DNA of 15,374 nucleotides from a virus: UHGV virus genome UHGV-0080089; one strand, 5' to 3'. Shown piece by piece: positions 14,292 to 15,374 of this stretch (position 1 is its first letter; each line of letters starts with the position of its first letter). The notes under the pieces were generated by a model. It saw only the letters and a program-made list of their open reading frames with translations, ran no database searches and was not told where the DNA came from. The position numbers and the translations under genes were made by a program.

Positions 14292-15374
14292 TCACCGGTT
14301 CTGTTGCAGAAGCTGCAACTGGCGCAGGGTATGGATACCCCCCTCATCCACATGTGTGTTTGTGGCGGTATGGCCGCTCAGTACATCCAGACGTCCGCCA
14401 TTTTCCAGAACGACATTATCAGCTTTCCCCTCCACAACAGAGAATACGCCCAGACGGTTTGTGCCTGTAACGGTAGCTGCTGTACTGGTAACCAGTGCGC
14501 TGCCCGTGTTCTGGGTGACATCAGTCGCTTTACCACCGGCGTTCACCTGCAGTCTGCCCTTCTGATTAACGGTGGTATTCTCAGCCACCGCCCCTTCCTT
14601 CACCACCTGCCAGCCACCGTCGTTAATCACCGTATTCAGTGCCAGCCCGTCCTTATGCACATACTGGTTCCCTCCCTCCAGCCGGGTATTATGTGCCTCT
14701 CCGTGCACCGTCTGGTCACCACCTGCGTAAATGAGGGTGTCACGGGCCAGTCCTGAAGACCAGATAACCTGCCGGCCATTTTTGTTGATGGTGGTGGATT
14801 CAGCCGTCCCCCCGACCATCTGACCGGTGGAGACATTTTCAGAATCCGGTCCACCTTCTGCGCCGGTGTTGACGATGGTTCCGGTTGCCAGTCCGCCATG
14901 TTTAATGGTCTGGTAACCATCCCGGTTAATCACCGTTCCGGATGCACTGCCGCCTGCATGTATCCATTGCTCACCGCCGTTAAGGACTGTACCGGAAGCC
15001 TGCCCGCGCAGATTCTGTCCTCCACCGGCACTGATAACCGTATCCGTGGCACTGCCACCGGCCATGACATCCTGCAGACCGTCTGCGGTGACAGTGGTGT
15101 TTCTGGCAGTGCCACCCGGAGTTATCTGCTGCCCGCCGGTGTTGTCATCAGAATCCGGCCCCAGCTCCAGCCCGGTACTGACAGTCACGCCATCCGCTGT
15201 ACCTGAAACAGTCTGGCGGTCATGATTTATCAGTGTTCCGCCGCTCACGGTTTCTCCCGCCTGTACAACCGTGTCAGCAGCCGGTGCCGGGAGTGACGTG
15301 GCAGCGGCAAGGGACAGGGCAACCGCCACACCGGCGCGTTTTCCCCGTGAGCGGGCCAGTTCGGAAGCCACCAC
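14292..15374 (-). pseudogene. flu: Antigen 43 (Ag43/Flu)-family autotransporter adhesin, 5' fragment: start codon beyond right window edge, frame ends prematurely at 14292
   Basis: In-window translation begins ...VASELARSRGKRAGVAVALSLAAATSLPAPAADTVVQAGETVSGGTLINHDRQ... (signal-peptide end and passenger-domain beta-helix repeats). Frame stops after about 360 in-window codons with divergent tail HTLRQLQLLQQNR, whereas full-length family members are about 1000 aa; no continuation in other frames. Confidence 0.75.

Larger units (their letters stand above)
11782..15374. mobile_element. Second integrative element / genomic island (partial), beginning at the tRNA fragment
   Basis: P4-family integrase directly adjacent to the tRNA fragment, AT-rich composition, orphan gene and truncated Ag43-family gene; extends beyond the right window edge. 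Confidence 0.6.

Noticed and set aside
14281-15206. ORFs 14281..14565, 14304..14756, 14636..14920, 14898..15206, 14930..15115
   Set aside because: Alternative-frame or antisense ORFs within the GC-rich Ag43 fragment, where long spurious open frames are expected; the minus-strand frame carries the recognisable Ag43 translation.
1-15374. IS elements, rRNA genes or other known ncRNA genes
   Set aside because: No transposase-like translation or terminal inverted repeats bounding a candidate IS, and no rRNA-like or known ncRNA sequence was recognised by eye; this is a read-through judgement, not a covariance-model search.

Overview
The window appears to be a mosaic of two integrative elements in enterobacterial (E. 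coli-like) DNA, joined at a 46-bp 3' fragment of a tRNA-Thr gene (11736..11781, minus strand). Left of it (1..~11735) is the integrase-proximal end of a lambdoid prophage whose gene order resembles the E. coli CPS-53/KplE1 cryptic prophage, but with an intact immunity region: a minus-strand early-right operon (Cro-like, cII-position gene, iteron-containing replication initiator, YfdN-like, Dam-like methyltransferase, LexA-DNA-binding-domain protein, RusA, KilA-N, DUF968/HNH-like), divergent from cI, followed on the plus strand by an AT-rich two-gene convergent module, a ~460-bp GC-rich structured non-coding region, a yfdPQRST-like cluster, xis and int. Right of the tRNA fragment (11782..15374) is a second element: an AT-rich P4-family integrase, a 282-aa orphan gene and a truncated 5' fragment of an Ag43-family autotransporter gene. 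No CRISPR array, rRNA, intact tRNA or IS transposase was seen. The best candidates for something undescribed are the convergent gene pair at 6676..7288 with the adjacent structured region at 7289..7756, and the 282-aa orphan at 13359..14207. All family assignments come from reading the translations by eye and recalling motifs; no database search was run, and several start codons are chosen on RBS context only.
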